Assembly: GCF_006345805.1 (NCBI RefSeq)
Contig: NC_043004.1
Span: forward strand, 69,254,001-69,318,000
Reading direction: 5' to 3'
DNA from: Octopus sinensis
Taxonomy: Eukaryota
DNA: 64,000 bases
This document shows positions 1 to 13,627 of this stretch, one piece after another. The notes below the pieces were generated by a model that had not been told where the DNA came from, did not search any database, and saw only the letters and a program-made list of their open reading frames with translations. How positions within the stretch are numbered: position 1 is the stretch's first letter; every line of letters begins with the position of its first letter. A program made the translations under genes and the position numbers.

Positions 1-194
1 CTTTCTGACTTGGATTTGCTCAAACAGTTTCTGGTTGAGGGCGATGGTTGATTAGAGTGTCCCGAGTTATTTGTTGCGATTCTTTGCCCTATGAGTTCAC
101 ATCCCGCCGAAGTCAATTTTGCCTTTTACTTCCCGTGTTCGATAAAGATAAAAAAGAAGCATCATTCCAGGACGATGGATTGAAGGCACTGTTA

Positions 195-600
195 GGCGCA
201 AACGTGGCTGTGTAATAAGAAGCTTACTTCCCAACCACATGGTTCCAGGTTCATTTCCACTGTGTGGCACCTTGGGCAAGTGTTCTACTATGACCTCGGG
301 CCGATGAAAGCATTGTGAGTGGGTTTGGTAGAGGGAAACAGGAAGAATCCCGCTGCATCTGTATGTGTCTGTGTGTATGTGTGCGTGTGTGTTTGTCTTC
401 GTGTCTGTGTTTGTCCCCCACCACCGCTCGATAACCAGTATTGGTGTGTTTATGTCCCCATAAGTTAGCGGTTCAGCAAAAGCGACCGATAGAATAAGAA
501 CCAGTTTTTAAAAAATACTTCGGTTGATTCATTCGACCAAAGATTCTTCAAGGCAGTGCCCCAGCATGGTCGCAGTCTAATGACTGAAACAAGTAGAAGC
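195..600 (+). mobile_element. tRNA-derived SINE, family A, full length
   Basis: Head GGCGCA..GTGGCTGTG, CCTTGGGCAAGTG motif, internal (TG)n, tail ..CAGCATGG..GCAGTC.AATGACTGAAACAAGTA; matches more than 20 other copies in the window. Confidence 0.9.
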
Positions 601-1199
601 AAAGGGAAAAGAACAAAAAAGAGGCGGGAAAGATGTCTTATAGTATGTTTTCCAGTCCTTTACGTCTTGGCTGCAACGACTGCGATGTTGCCGCTGTCAA
701 ACCGATTGCCTTTCCTTAGACAAAGGAAACTCGAAGACATGGACAACAACTGTGAGTCTTCTTGAAATATATAAATAAATAAATAAATAAATAAAAGATA
801 ACTGCGCGCAAGCTTCCGCCTACTGTACAGAAGCGTCGCCATCCTTAAGGGACGTAGCGCCATCATCATGGTTAACTCTACCAATTTCTAGATATGAATG
901 GATTTTGCATATTTGTTTCAAATAGGGATTTAATTTTCCTTTAAGTTTAATATTGTAACTTGGTCAAATACCTTTATTTTATAAAGTCCAAAGATAGGTA
1001 ATGACATTTCATGTTAGATGAGTTATATAAAATAATGTAGGATGGAGGTGGAATTGTGTGTGGTGTGGTGTGTGTGTGTGCGTGGTGTGTGTGTGTGTGT
1101 GCATATAAACGTATTCATATTTACATATACACATGTATATAATATATACATATATGTGGTTAGTTAGGTAGATACATAAATAAATAGAGAGGTAGACAT

Positions 1200-1445
<246 letters not shown>

Positions 1446-2109
1446 GCATACATACACACATACTTTCATACATACATATTGATGTAGGCACGGTTAGATG
1501 GTTAAGAAGATCGTCTCACAAACATGAAATCTCGGACTTGGGTTCGATATCACAATGTGCTATGTTGAATAAATGCCTCTACCATGGTCTCAGCTTGATC
1601 CAAACCTTGTGATAGACTCTGAATAAACAAATATTTTCGGAGCCCGTCTGATGGATTGTACCTAGAATAATGGTATAGCTTGTATGTGTACCGATGTGTG
1701 AAGCCACTGAATTTGCTGCCCTCCGCTGGGTTCTACACAGCTTATACAAGCTTAAACGGCAGATCCAAAAGTGAACGCCGCCATAAAATCATCGTTCTGA
1801 GCGGACCGCCTTTTTGTCTCCCACTCCTACGCTACTGACCAATAATTCAAAGGTCTGGCTTTCAATTACATGTTTGCATGTAATTTAGTCTGAGTGGACT
1901 AAATTTCATCTTCCCATACAGAAAATTATTCAGTTTCCAACAACTATTATGTCTCTACAAAGAAAAGATAAAACCCAAAAGGAGATCACAGCTCCTACTT
2001 CTGTAGAAGCCGTAGTAAAGAGAACATGCACAAAGAGGACAACACGTCCGTGGACGAGAGCTTGTTTATCGGAGCTTGCTTAAATGTTTGGTCTTCGGGC
2101 AGCCTACGT

Positions 2110-2300
2110 ATATAAAACCGACGGACCTATGATCAAACGCCGTTCCAGTCATGACCGTCGTACTTATATAGACATTATGTATCGTGGGCTAGAATACCTA
2201 ATATGTGTTCTCACTAGTTTATAGTCAGTATATTGAGGGAGATTTTAGCTGCTGTATCATGCCGCATCAAACAAGTTGACCAACTCTTTGCGACTCACCT
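2110..2300 (+). repeat. Dispersed repeat, family E (class unknown)
   Basis: Motifs GACCTATGATCAAA..CCAG.C.TGACC and GAGGGAGATTT.GCTGCT recur at about 9310-9400(-), 49745-49800, 50600-50900(-), 53860-54160, 54470-54650, 60715-60760(-) and 62645-62680(-). Confidence 0.6.
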
Positions 2301-2377
2301 TAGTGGCCTGCTTAGGCAAAACAGGTTTTTTAAAACGGATATATGTGTATGTGTGTGTGTGAGTGCGTGAGTGTGTG

Positions 2378-2437
<60 letters not shown>

Positions 2438-2620
2438 AATAAGCAACAAGAATGACTCTGTAATTTGGTACGATCGTATTATATATATATATGTATGTAC
2501 TTAGTTATATATGTATATAAGTGTGAGTGTATAATGTATGTATATAAGTATATACATAAATATATACATACATGCATACATACACGCACATATATACATA
2601 CATAAATACACACGCGCATA

Positions 2621-2666
<46 letters not shown>

Positions 2667-2954
2667 TAGATGTATATATGTATGCATGTATGATTACATG
2701 TATGTATGTTAATGTGTTATGTGAGGAAGTATATTTTAACGTGTCAGACAGGATGGGTAAAAGCGGGGGCTATTTAGAGGCAGGATTTTAGGAGTGGAGA
2801 GGTGTTGTGAGGTAAAGGCTGATATAATTCATTAAATATCTATGTACGTAGGCACAACCAGTTAACAAATAAATCCAGTATGCATCTACACATACTGGTG
2901 AGCATATACATATTACAAGCATTCATGTATACATTGACGAATGAGCATTTACGA

Positions 2955-3335
2955 ATAGGTGCAAGTGTGGCTGTGCTTCCCAACTACATGGTCCCGGGTT
3001 CAGTCCCACTGCCTGGCATTTTGGGCAAGTGTCTTCTACTACAGCCTGGGGCCGACCAAAGCCTTGTGAGAGTATTTCGTAGACAGAAAATGAAAGAAGC
3101 CCGTGGTATGTGTGTGTGTGTGTGTGTGATTGTGTCTGTGTTTGTCCCGTTTTCACCATTTGACAACCGGTGTTGGTGTGTTTACGTCACCGTAGCATAA
3201 TGGTTGGGCATAAGAGATCGATGAAATAAGTACCACGCTTAAATAAAAGTGCTGGGGGTCGATTCGTTCGACTAAAATTCTTCAAGGTGGAGCCCTAGCA
3301 TGGCCGCAGTCAAATGACTGGAACAAGTAGAAGAA
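2955..3335 (+). mobile_element. SINE family A
   Basis: Same head, core, (TG)n and tail as the other family A copies. Confidence 0.9.
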
Positions 3336-3759
3336 TATATTCGCATATATGAATAAACAACTGATTACGTGTGTGTGTGTGTGTAGTACATATACATGCC
3401 CACACACATACAGACATATGTACACAAACACATATACACACACATACTATATATATATATATATATATACATATCTATTTATATATTATATGTTTTACGC
3501 ACAGTCGTAGCTATTATGGGGGCACTCCCTTCACCAGCTGTTGTCTTAAGATCGCCTTCCGTCACCTTCCGTCCCCTTCCGTCACCATCCGTCAATATCG
3601 CCCTCTTTATCGTTACCAAGCAGCAGTAATGCCACCCGTTAACATCTGCTATATTTTGGCCCACACTGTATAACCTGTTTTATATTTCCTCCGTCAACCA
3701 TGCAACCACTGCACCCACTTGGGTGCAGGTGCAGCCGATTCAGCTATGCAAGGAGCAAT

Positions 3760-3910
3760 TCGTTTCACTACACGATTTGTCAGGTTCGAAACCGGCTCTT
3801 TCTCTGTTGGCAAGAAATCTTGAAATAAAACTGAATGACATACACACATATACATCATCATCATCATCATCATCATCATCGTTTCATCTTCTTTACCCAT
3901 TTTCTTCCTT
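3760..3910 (+). repeat. Dispersed repeat, family F; second copy at about 5050-5205
   Basis: Shared AGGTT.GAAACCGGCTCTTTCTCT.TTGGCAAGA..T.TTG.AATAAAA and TTTCATCTTCTTTACCCA. Confidence 0.7.
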
Positions 3911-3976
3911 AACTCTTTGATTCTTTCTTTCTTCATACACCCTCACGTGTATTGACGTTTAATTCATTATCAATTA

Positions 3977-4138
3977 GGGATTGTGGTAAGTAGCTTGCTA
4001 ACCAACCACATGGTTCCGGGTTCAGTCCCACTGCGTGGCATCTTGGGCAAGTGTCTTCTGCTATAGCCCCGGGCCGAACAATGCCTTGTGAGTGGATTTG
4101 GTAGGCGGAAACTGAAAGAATCCCGTCGTGTATATATG

Positions 4139-4171
<33 letters not shown>

Positions 4172-4357
4172 ATGTGTTTGTATGTCTGTGTTTGTCCCCC
4201 TAGCATTGCTTGACAACAGATGCTGGTGTGTTTACGTCCCCGTCACTTAGCGGTTTGGCAAAAGACCCCAATAGAATAAGTACTGGGCTTACAGCTCGAC
4301 TAAAGGCGGTGCTCCAGCCTGGCCGCAGTCAAATGACTGAAACATGTAAAAGAGTAA
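3977..4357 (+). mobile_element. SINE family A
   Basis: Head, core and tail ending GAAACATGTAAAAGAGTAAA. Confidence 0.92.
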
Positions 4358-4449
4358 ATGTTGATTCACTCTCTGACTTACCTTTGAGTTCTTCAATGTT
4401 AGCGGCTGAACATAGCTTCTTTTAACTTGTCACCCCGCTGGAATACATT

Positions 4450-4848
4450 TATACATACATACATGCATACTTACGTGCATGCATACATACATACATACAT
4501 ACATACATACATACATACATACATACATACATACATACATACATAAATACATACATACATACATACACACATACATACATACATACATACATACATACAT
4601 ACAAACATAAATACATACATACATACATACATACAAACATAAATACATACATACATAACTACATACATACATAAATACATACATAAATACATACATACAT
4701 ACATACAAACATAAATACATACGCATACATACATACATACTTACTGACATACATACATACATACATACTGACATACATACATACATACATACATACATAC
4801 ATACATACATACATACATACATACATACATACATGCATACATACATAC
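4450..4848. repeat. (TACA)n microsatellite, about 400 bp
   Basis: Direct inspection; source of the MYVC-repeat ORFs. Confidence 0.98.
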
Positions 4849-5379
4849 TAAGCTTCTCAAAACCAGAAAGGAGAAAACTGATTCGAAGACTACAGATTCA
4901 AGCCATCATTGGAACTGTAAAAATCTGTAAAACTTTCCAGAAGTTTATCATTTAAGTATATATGAGCATGTCTAGACATACAGTTATATATATGAGAATA
5001 CATAGATTAAACAGAACATACAATAGATAATCGTACAAGAATAGCCTGTTGAAGTTGTTGAAATTCCAATGAACGAACCTTGGATTTAGGTTAGAAACCG
5101 GCTCTTTCTCTATTGGCAAGAGATTTTGTAATAAAAGTGAACAAGGACATGCATTCATAAACATCTTCAGCACCATTTCATCTTCTTTACCCACTTATTC
5201 CTGAGAGATTCCTGTCAGAGCCAATTGATCCGGCTGGGTCCCCAAGCGAAATCAACCGAGTCTATGGATGTTATCCAACCATCTCGCTCAGGGTCTGCCC
5301 GGTTGGTTTTGCTATTAAAGCCTCTCCAGCGATCTTTTCCCGAGATATTCTTAGTACATATCTGTATATACATATATAC

Positions 5380-5543
5380 GACGGGCTTCTTTCAGTTTCC
5401 GTCTACCAAATCCACTCACAAGGTTTTGATCGGCCCGAGGCTATAGTAGAAAACACTTGCCGAAGGTGCCACGCAGTGGGACTGAACCCGGAACCATGTA
5501 GTTTGTAAGCAAGTTACTTACCACACAGCCACTCCTACGCCTG
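5380..5543 (-). mobile_element. SINE family A, head half
   Basis: Reverse complement of the family A head and core. Confidence 0.9.
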
Positions 5544-5545
5544 TT

Positions 5546-7155
5546 AAAGAATTCAGCAATGGCATCGGGATGGAGTTTGGCCTTGATAAGGCTAACTCAA
5601 GCAAACAGCTTCCATTAAATTAGATATCGACACTATCATCAATGAGCTTGATCCACAAGAAAGCTATAAATAACTGGGAATAATTGAAGAAAATGATATA
5701 CAACATGCTACTATGAAGGAAAAGATAAGAAAGGAGAATTACAGGGGAGTAAGACTCATACTAAAAACTGAACTCAACTCCGAAAATCACATGGAAGCCA
5801 TTAACATCCTGTCACTTCCAGTTGTCCAATACAATTTTAACATCATTAACCGGAATCTTACGTAGCTCCAACACCTGGACAGGTAAACAAGGAATGTACT
5901 AACATCTAAGAACAAGTACCACCCAAAAGCAGACGTTGATCGTCTGTACCTGCCTAGAAGTAACGGAGGAAGAGGAATGATGCAGGTAGAGCTGTGCTAT
6001 AGGACCTCCACACTAACAATGAACGGGTACTTATCTAGTACAGAGGACTGGATGCCCCGGTTTGTGTGCAAACGCGAAAGCAGCAAAACCTCACATTCTA
6101 TTGTCAAGGAAGCTTATAAATTCGCAAGAGGACTCGGCATTAACTCTGAATTAAACGAAGAACCTGAAATCACTGCCACTAAACAAGCAAAACGGATCGA
6201 ACAGACGGCAAAAAAAGAACGGTCAGAAACAAGTTGAAGAGCAGTGAGGCCAGAAGCCTCTGCATGGACAGCATATAATTTGATGCCGAAATGCTGATAT
6301 AGACTAAACAACAACCCATCGGTGGCTGAGAAGCTCGGGACCGAAGCAGGGACTGAAAGTTTCATATTAGCGACACAAGAATAAAGCTTGCTTACCAAAA
6401 ACTACCAGGTTAACTTTCTTCAAAACGGTTCTGACCCTAAATGCAGATTCTTTGATATATTTGACGAAATAATAAACCATTTCGTCTCTAGATGTCCTGT
6501 ACTGACACCAAACGAATTCAAAAATCGCCACGATAGGGTAGGACAGTATTTACATTGGAAAATATTTAAGCACTACAAAATCAACGCTTCTGCTTAGTCG
6601 CACGAACATCATCCTGAACCAGTTGTTGAAGGTAAAAATGTCACTATCCTCTGGGATTTTCCAATCAACATCGACAGAACGATCCAAGCTAATCGACCAG
6701 ACACAGTCATTAAAGACAAGGCTGAAAATACTTGTAGACTAATAGGTGTAAGTGTCCCCGCTGATAAAAATAAATCTATAAAGATAAGGACCTAGAAATT
6801 GATGTGGCCTCTTAAAGTACAACTGCTCCTGTTATTGTGGGTACCCTAGATATGATAAGAAAAGGATGTCAAAAACATCTAGACAATATCCCAGGAGAAC
6901 CATGTCTCAGAGAAATCCTAAAGATTGTGCTAAAAAGTATTGCACAAATCCTTAGAAAAACCTTATCAATTCAAATGCCTGTGTTTTATTAGATGAAGAT
7001 ATTTCGCTACTGCCCCTGCCACTTTCTCTCCCCAAGCTTTCAGCCATACTGTAACATCTTTTATCCTTCACCCGCCCTAGAACGCTGGATGTGTCTCGGC
7101 GAGTGATTGTAACAAACATGCAGATTAAAAGTAGATAATAATAATAACAATAATC
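5546..7155 (+). mobile_element. 5'-truncated, decayed R4/Dong-clade non-LTR retrotransposon (RT end, CCHC finger, restriction-like endonuclease)
   Basis: Frames read GMEFGLDK, YK*LGIIE, DVDRLYLPRS.GGRGMMQ, a zinc finger C..(F)...E.INHFVSRC, RHDRVGQYLHWK, ILWDFPI..DRTIQANRPD.VIKD (PD..D nuclease) and VIVGTL. Many stops and frameshifts; ends in (TAA)n. Confidence 0.9.
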
Positions 7156-7328
7156 CTTTCGACTATAGGCACAAGGCCTGAAATTTTGGGGAAGTGATAG
7201 TCGATTTCATTGACCTCAGTGATCCCGAAAGTCGACCTGGGCGGGATTTGAACTCAGAACATGGGGACAGACGAATTGCCGCTAAGCATTTAGCTCAGCG
7301 TGCTACTGATTCTGCCAGCTCGCCGCCT
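7155..7328 (-). mobile_element. tRNA-derived SINE, family B
   Basis: Reverse complement starts AGGCGGCGAGCTGGCAGAATC; B-box GAGTTCAAATCC; GTCGACTTT motif. Confidence 0.85.
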
Positions 7329-7424
7329 TGGTAATGATGATGATAATATAATAATAATAATAATAATAAATAATAATAATAATAATATAATAATAATAAT
7401 AATAATGATGATGATGATGATGAT

Positions 7425-7762
7425 GACTTGCCCAAGGTACCACGCACCTTGGGCAAGTGTCTTCTACTATAGCGTCGGGCCGACCAAAGCTTTGTGAGTG
7501 GATAGAAACTGAAAGAAGCCCGTTGTATATATGTATATGTATATATGTGTGTGTTTGTATGTCTGTGTTTGTCCTCCCAACATCGCTTGACAATCGATGC
7601 TGGTGTGTTTACGTCCCCGTATTTTAGCAGTTCAGCAAAAGTTACCGATAGAATAAGTACTAGGCTTACAAAGAATAAGTACTGGGGTCGATTTGCTCGA
7701 CAAAAGGCGGTGCTCCAGCATGGCTGCAGTCAAATGACTGAAACAAGTAAAAGAGTAAATAG
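7425..7762 (+). mobile_element. SINE family A, 5'-truncated
   Basis: Core and tail, preceded by (AAT)n(GAT)n. Confidence 0.9.
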
Positions 7763-7767
7763 AGAGT

Positions 7768-7801
<34 letters not shown>

Positions 7802-8106
7802 CATTTTTTAAAGTAATTGTTTCTGATTTTGGTACAAAGCCAACAATTTTAAGGGGATGGGCCATAGTCGAATACAACGACCCCAGTACATGACTGGTAC
7901 GTTATGTTACCTACTCCAGAGGCTTTACCTTTCGTACTTTTGATGTCAGTTAAGTAAATACCAATTGAGTTTGTATGTGAGGGAGAAAATGTGTAGGTAT
8001 TAATCTTGATTTATGGGTGACCAGACGGTAATTTTGGATTTCCATACATCCATACATTCCATTTATCGAACGCGCGCGCGCTCGCACACACACACAATGC
8101 ATACCG

Positions 8107-8137
<31 letters not shown>

Positions 8138-9432
8138 GTGTGTGTGTGTGTGTGTGGTGTGTGTGTGTGTGTTGTGTATACTCATACTTATATAAACGTG
8201 AGCGCATGTGTGAATGTACATGTGTGTGTATAGCAGAAAGAGAGAGGGAGGGAGAGAGAGAGAGAGGGACAGACAGACAATGGGAGAGAGATTGCGAGAG
8301 AGATATAAATTATACACAATAGTAATTTGAGCCTAAATATGTCAGTACATCTAAAAAAGGAAATAAATTTGAATATCGGAGAAGCCTATAATTTATTGTG
8401 AAGATAATAGCGTATCTATATTCATGTATTCCTCTATATGTATGAACGTACGTATAATATGTATGTTTATTTGCACGCACGTACATATGTCTGTATTCAC
8501 GTATGTATGTATGTATGTATGTATGTATGTATGTATGTATGTATGTATGTATGTATGTATGTATGTATGTATGTTTGTATGTGTATTCATAAACACATAC
8601 ACAAACTCACCTATATATCTTTATTATAATAGAACTTGTGTTAGTATATTTACATATGTGACGTAAACGCTATTAGCCTTTCCTCTCAATATTTATCACA
8701 CCGTTCCTAAGCAAACCCATACCCCACACCACAGATTAAACCAATCATCTTGCTAAAGGAATGAAACAGAAGGAGAGTGAGAGAGAGTTGAGAAATGGAG
8801 AGTGAGAAAGGGAAAGGCATAGAAAGAGAGAGAGCGAGGGAAGGGAGAGAGGGAGAAAGAGAGGAGAGCGGGAAAGGTAAAGGCAGAGAGAGGAGAGTGA
8901 GAGAGGGTTTCTTTTTTATTCTGGCAGACGAGAGTATCGTCTGATCTGTCAAATGTATTGTTACCTTACAACAGTTTCCTCCGTGAAGGTGGCATCGATG
9001 TAAGCTGGTTGAGGTTCGATATGGAAGCTTCTATATGGAATGCTGATAATAACAGCGATATCTCTCTCAAATTGTAATATCTAACATTTTAAAGAAACGA
9101 TAAAACAGGCAAAAACTCCAGGACTGGAATATATACCATTGTAGATATGTTCGATCATTGCTAATCTGAGGCTAAACCGGAAAGACACCACACTGCCTCC
9201 ACTACCACCACCACCACAACCACAACCAACAAAAATAACAATAGCAACACAAACAACAGCAACAACAGCAATTACAACATCTATTGAGTCACTAAAGGAA
9301 GTCTCCCACTTCCCGTGCCGTTACCTGATGTGCCAAAAATAGCAACCAATCTTCCCTGAAATCACACTTTATTGTCTTCAATTAGGGAACAACTCATTTG
9401 ACAAAGTAGTTTTATATATCCAAGAATAGCAA

Positions 9433-9482
<50 letters not shown>

Positions 9483-10162
9483 ACTACTACTATTAATAAT
9501 AATAATAATAATAATAAGAAGAAGAAGAAGAAGACGAAGACGAATAATAATAATAATAAGAAGAAGAAGAGGACAAAGAAGAAGAAAGACAAGGAGAAGA
9601 ATGTAACACATATACGTATATAAGTTTATATGTGTGGGTAATCTATATATGTACCTAAACCTATCTACGTACATACGTGTGTGTATACATATACACACGT
9701 ACAAACTCTCTCTCACACATATAGAGATGCATACATTTATATAGATATATATGAATATACAAGATATATATGAATATACATATATAAATATATATACATA
9801 TATATATATGCATATATATATATAAACCCACAACTATACAAACAAGTATATATATATATATTATATATGTATATATACAAATACAAAAACGTATATATAT
9901 ATATATATATATAAGCACGCACACAGATGCACACATATATATATATACTTACACATACACGCGCATTAGCGAATGTATATACTCGTGTACATCTAGTGTA
10001 TGGCTGTGTAGGTTAGGATGATTTGGCATCGATTTTGGCGGATTGCCAATATTAGTTTTCAGTGTTCGATGGACGGAAATCGATACTAACCATAAGTCAT
10101 TTACAAACCATATAATCCCCACGATAGTAGTAATAGGAGCAGCAGCAGCAGCAGTGGTGGTG

Positions 10163-10206
<44 letters not shown>

Positions 10207-10402
10207 CGAAGGTCAAAGTATTGTCAGTAAGGTAGGAAAGTTGATTGTGACGAAACTATAGAAAAGGAATAATTCTCACTAAAATAGGTTCGGTAACTGT
10301 ATGTTGTTTTATTCTTTTCTTATCCATGTCAGTCATTGGACAGCAGTCATGCTATAGTATCGTCATTCTAGGTTTAAGTTTCGTCAAATAGACCCCAACA
10401 CT

Positions 10403-10460
<58 letters not shown>

Positions 10461-10549
10461 CGTGTGCGTGCGTGTGTGTGTGTGTATGTGTGCGTGTGAG
10501 TGTGTGTGTGCATGCATGTATATATATATGTATTTAAAATATGTAGAGG

Positions 10550-10591
<42 letters not shown>

Positions 10592-10704
10592 ATTATATAT
10601 CTATATATATATATATAATATACAATACATACACACATACACACATATATATATATAAATACATACAATTATTATATATATGTGTATATATAGATAGATA
10701 GATA

Positions 10705-10850
10705 CTTTTACATGATAGATCACTAGACACTAGCGTAGACTCGAAACGTTAAAGACTTCTTCACTTCCCGAGCGTTTAAACTAATAGATCTGTTTGTTGT
10801 TTACACCGCCTGTCTTCGTCTTTTGTTTTTTGTGAATTATCCCTACGTAT
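10705..10850 (+). mobile_element. Penelope-type terminal fragment with a decayed hammerhead remnant; related piece at 15640-15710(-)
   Basis: CTCGAAACGTTAAAG motif, then GCCTGTCTTCGTCTTTTG; no intact CUGANGA. Confidence 0.55.
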
Positions 10851-10916
10851 ATATATATATACATATCTATATATATATATATATATTATATATATATATA
10901 TATATATTATATATTG

Positions 10917-11950
10917 CCCTCACAGCCACGCAGAGAGCCACGACCACAAGTTATGTGGATGATACTAAAGTTTCACAGGTAATACAGAACCCTGAAGACA
11001 CTATGCACCTGCAATGTGACCTGGACAAAATATACAAGTGGGCTGAAAAGAATAGCATGCAGTTCAATGCTGAAAAGTTTCAGGCTTTATGCTATCAGCA
11101 TGCAAAACGAAATGCAATACCCAATAAATACACTGGACCTGGATAGATTGCAATCCCAGAGGCACAATCAGTGCGCGGCCTGGGTATTTACATGAGTGAT
11201 GATACAACCTTTCATGTGCATGTTGCTAAATTGGCAATGAAATGTAGGCGGCTGACCGGATGGATTCTTAGAACCTTTAGAACAAGAGACCAGGAAACCA
11301 TGATGGTCCTCTGGAGGACACTTGTCCTAAGCCACTTTGACTATTGCTCTCAGCTATGGTCACCAGCCAGAGTCAAATTAATCACTTGAGGCGATCCAAC
11401 GAAGCTACACGAATAAGATAGCCTCTGTGCAGCTTATAAGCTATTGGGAAAGACTCAAGAGATTAAGACTCTATTCCTTAGAGCGTAGGCGAGATAGATA
11501 TGCCATAATATACATCTGGGAGATCCTGGAAGGACTTGTCCCAAACTTTGGCATCGAGAATTACACAAATACTGGAACTGGGCGCCACTGCATAGTACCA
11601 AGGACTCCAAATTTGCCATCAAGATGTAGGACAAGATACTGCGATAGCCTGGGCTTCAGAGGTCCACAGCTCTTCAATATCCTCCCGAAGGACCTGAGAG
11701 ACCTGCATGGGGTGGATGCAGATGTCTTTGAAATAAAGCTGGACCTCTTCCTGTCAGGTGTCCCAGATGAACCAACTTCACGGCAGGAGGTGCAGATGAG
11801 GGCAGCTGCATCAAACTCTCTCGTGCACCAAATGGCAACTGCTAAAAAGCATTCGTGAAGTTAAATCATGTAGCAACACCGAATGGCGGTACCCCAGCAT
11901 GGCCACAGCTCGTGAGCTGAAACTAGATAAAATAAAAATAATAAAAAAAT
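10917..11950 (+). mobile_element. 5'-truncated CR1/L2-group LINE (RT C-terminal region and 3' UTR)
   Basis: YVDDTKV, LQCDLDKIYKWAEKNSMQFNAEKF, LVLSHFDYCSQLWSP, LISYWERLKRLRLYSLERRRDRY; stops and frameshifts; A-rich tail at 11930-11950. Confidence 0.92.
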
Positions 11951-12199
11951 ATATAGTATGCATATATGTGCATACATGTCTTAGTATATGCATATATATG
12001 TATATACATACACATAGACAACACACACACACGTTCATATATATATGTATGTATGCATGCATGCACTTACGTATATTCATATATTTTTACTTGAAATCGG
12101 GACTTATTCTTTACCATACTGTTAAGTAGCAGGAACGTATACAAAAGAACACCGATTGACAAGCGATGAGAGAAAAACAGGCACATACAACGCACACAC

Positions 12200-12345
12200 A
12201 TACACGCATACGATGGGCTGCCACACAGTTTCCGTTTGCCAAATTCATCCACGACACTTTGGTCAAGCCGAGGCTTTAGTTGAAGACACTTGCCGCTCGA
12301 GATTACTTGGTAGCAAAGCAAACTTCTTCAACACAAAGCAATGTC
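12200..12345 (-). mobile_element. SINE family A head, degenerate
   Basis: Reverse-complement similarity to the head and core. Confidence 0.75.
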
Positions 12346-12403
12346 TGTACTCATAACTATCTATCTATCTATCTATCTATCTATACTATCTATCTATCTT
12401 ATA

Positions 12404-12435
<32 letters not shown>

Positions 12436-12470
12436 ATTGTTGTCTGTCTGTCTGTCTATCTATCTATCTA

Positions 12471-12508
<38 letters not shown>

Positions 12509-12549
12509 ATCTATATCTATATACACATATATATATAGCGTGTGTGTAA

Positions 12550-12592
<43 letters not shown>

Positions 12593-12681
12593 TACGTATA
12601 TATATGTAATATATAGTTCAACACGATATATATGAGTATGTGTATGTGTATCCGGTTGTGTGCATGTGTGTGATTGTGTGT

Positions 12682-12726
<45 letters not shown>

Positions 12727-12799
12727 CTTGAGATTATATATAATTTCTCGCTTAAGTAGAATCTACAGTATAAACTTTAACGAAATCTACCATGTACAT

Positions 12800-13150
12800 A
12801 CGTTTGTCGTGGCGACGAAATTCAATTTTTAGAAACCAAATATTCCTAGTAAAGCTCGTCGAATTTTTAAAAAGGTTTTCTAAATGTATGAATTTGTTGA
12901 CGAATGCGAACAATTCTTCTCAATAAAATTAACAATTACTTGGTCCACTGTTGTTATGTAGTTGCAATTTAGAACAATACATTAGAGCTTTTGGAGCAAT
13001 TACCTTTAAAAGGAAATTGCTTCAGCAGTACAATTACAAACGGAGTGTGCTATTTTATTGTTTTTTAAAAAGTGTATGGAACTAAGATATTTAATTGAAC
13101 TTGTATCTATAGCTTAAGGTAACCTAATTTGTCTTTAAAATATGTTATTT
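12800..13150 (+). mobile_element. Probable Gypsy 5' internal remnant (PBS-like)
   Basis: GTGGCGACGAAA resembles the PBS GTGGCGACAAAG of the Gypsy element at about 37100(-). Confidence 0.4.
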
Positions 13151-13519
13151 ATGATTTATTGGAAATTTAAGAAATCTTTGGCAAAGGTTGAAGGTTTAAC
13201 TTTTGGGTTGGGTATTGCATTGTATTTTTGAGCAAAGCGCTTGATCTTACCTTGCACTAGTCCAGTCAACTATAAATGAGTACGAACCAGGTATTGGTGC
13301 AGCTTTGTCTGTTCCTCCAGCTATGGCATCCTGGATGTTCTGGCTCAAGACTGAGGTGAAGGTGGCAATGGCTGTTTATGACTGCTTGCTACTAGATAGG
13401 CACCTAAAACGATAAGCACGATATATGTTACTAGCCCAAAGTCACTCGCGCGTAGTAGCTAGCTGTGGTTGTGCATTTTACATTTAAACTACTTACTGGA
13501 TTATAACAAAGAATATTTT

Positions 13520-13572
13520 TTGGTTTGTTTTTAAGGTTGCCGGTTGCGTATTATATTTTATCTGCAAAGTCA

Positions 13573-13627
<55 letters not shown>

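Noticed and set aside
97-279. Recurrent MPKVPRSGTEPGTMWL / RGYSRRHLPK peptides as a multigene family
   Set aside because: They are antisense translations of the SINE A head.
656-751. GRK exon 2 (similar 96-nt, phase 1-1 geometry)
   Set aside because: It lies upstream of exon 1 and has no similarity to the GRK KGRSKKW region.
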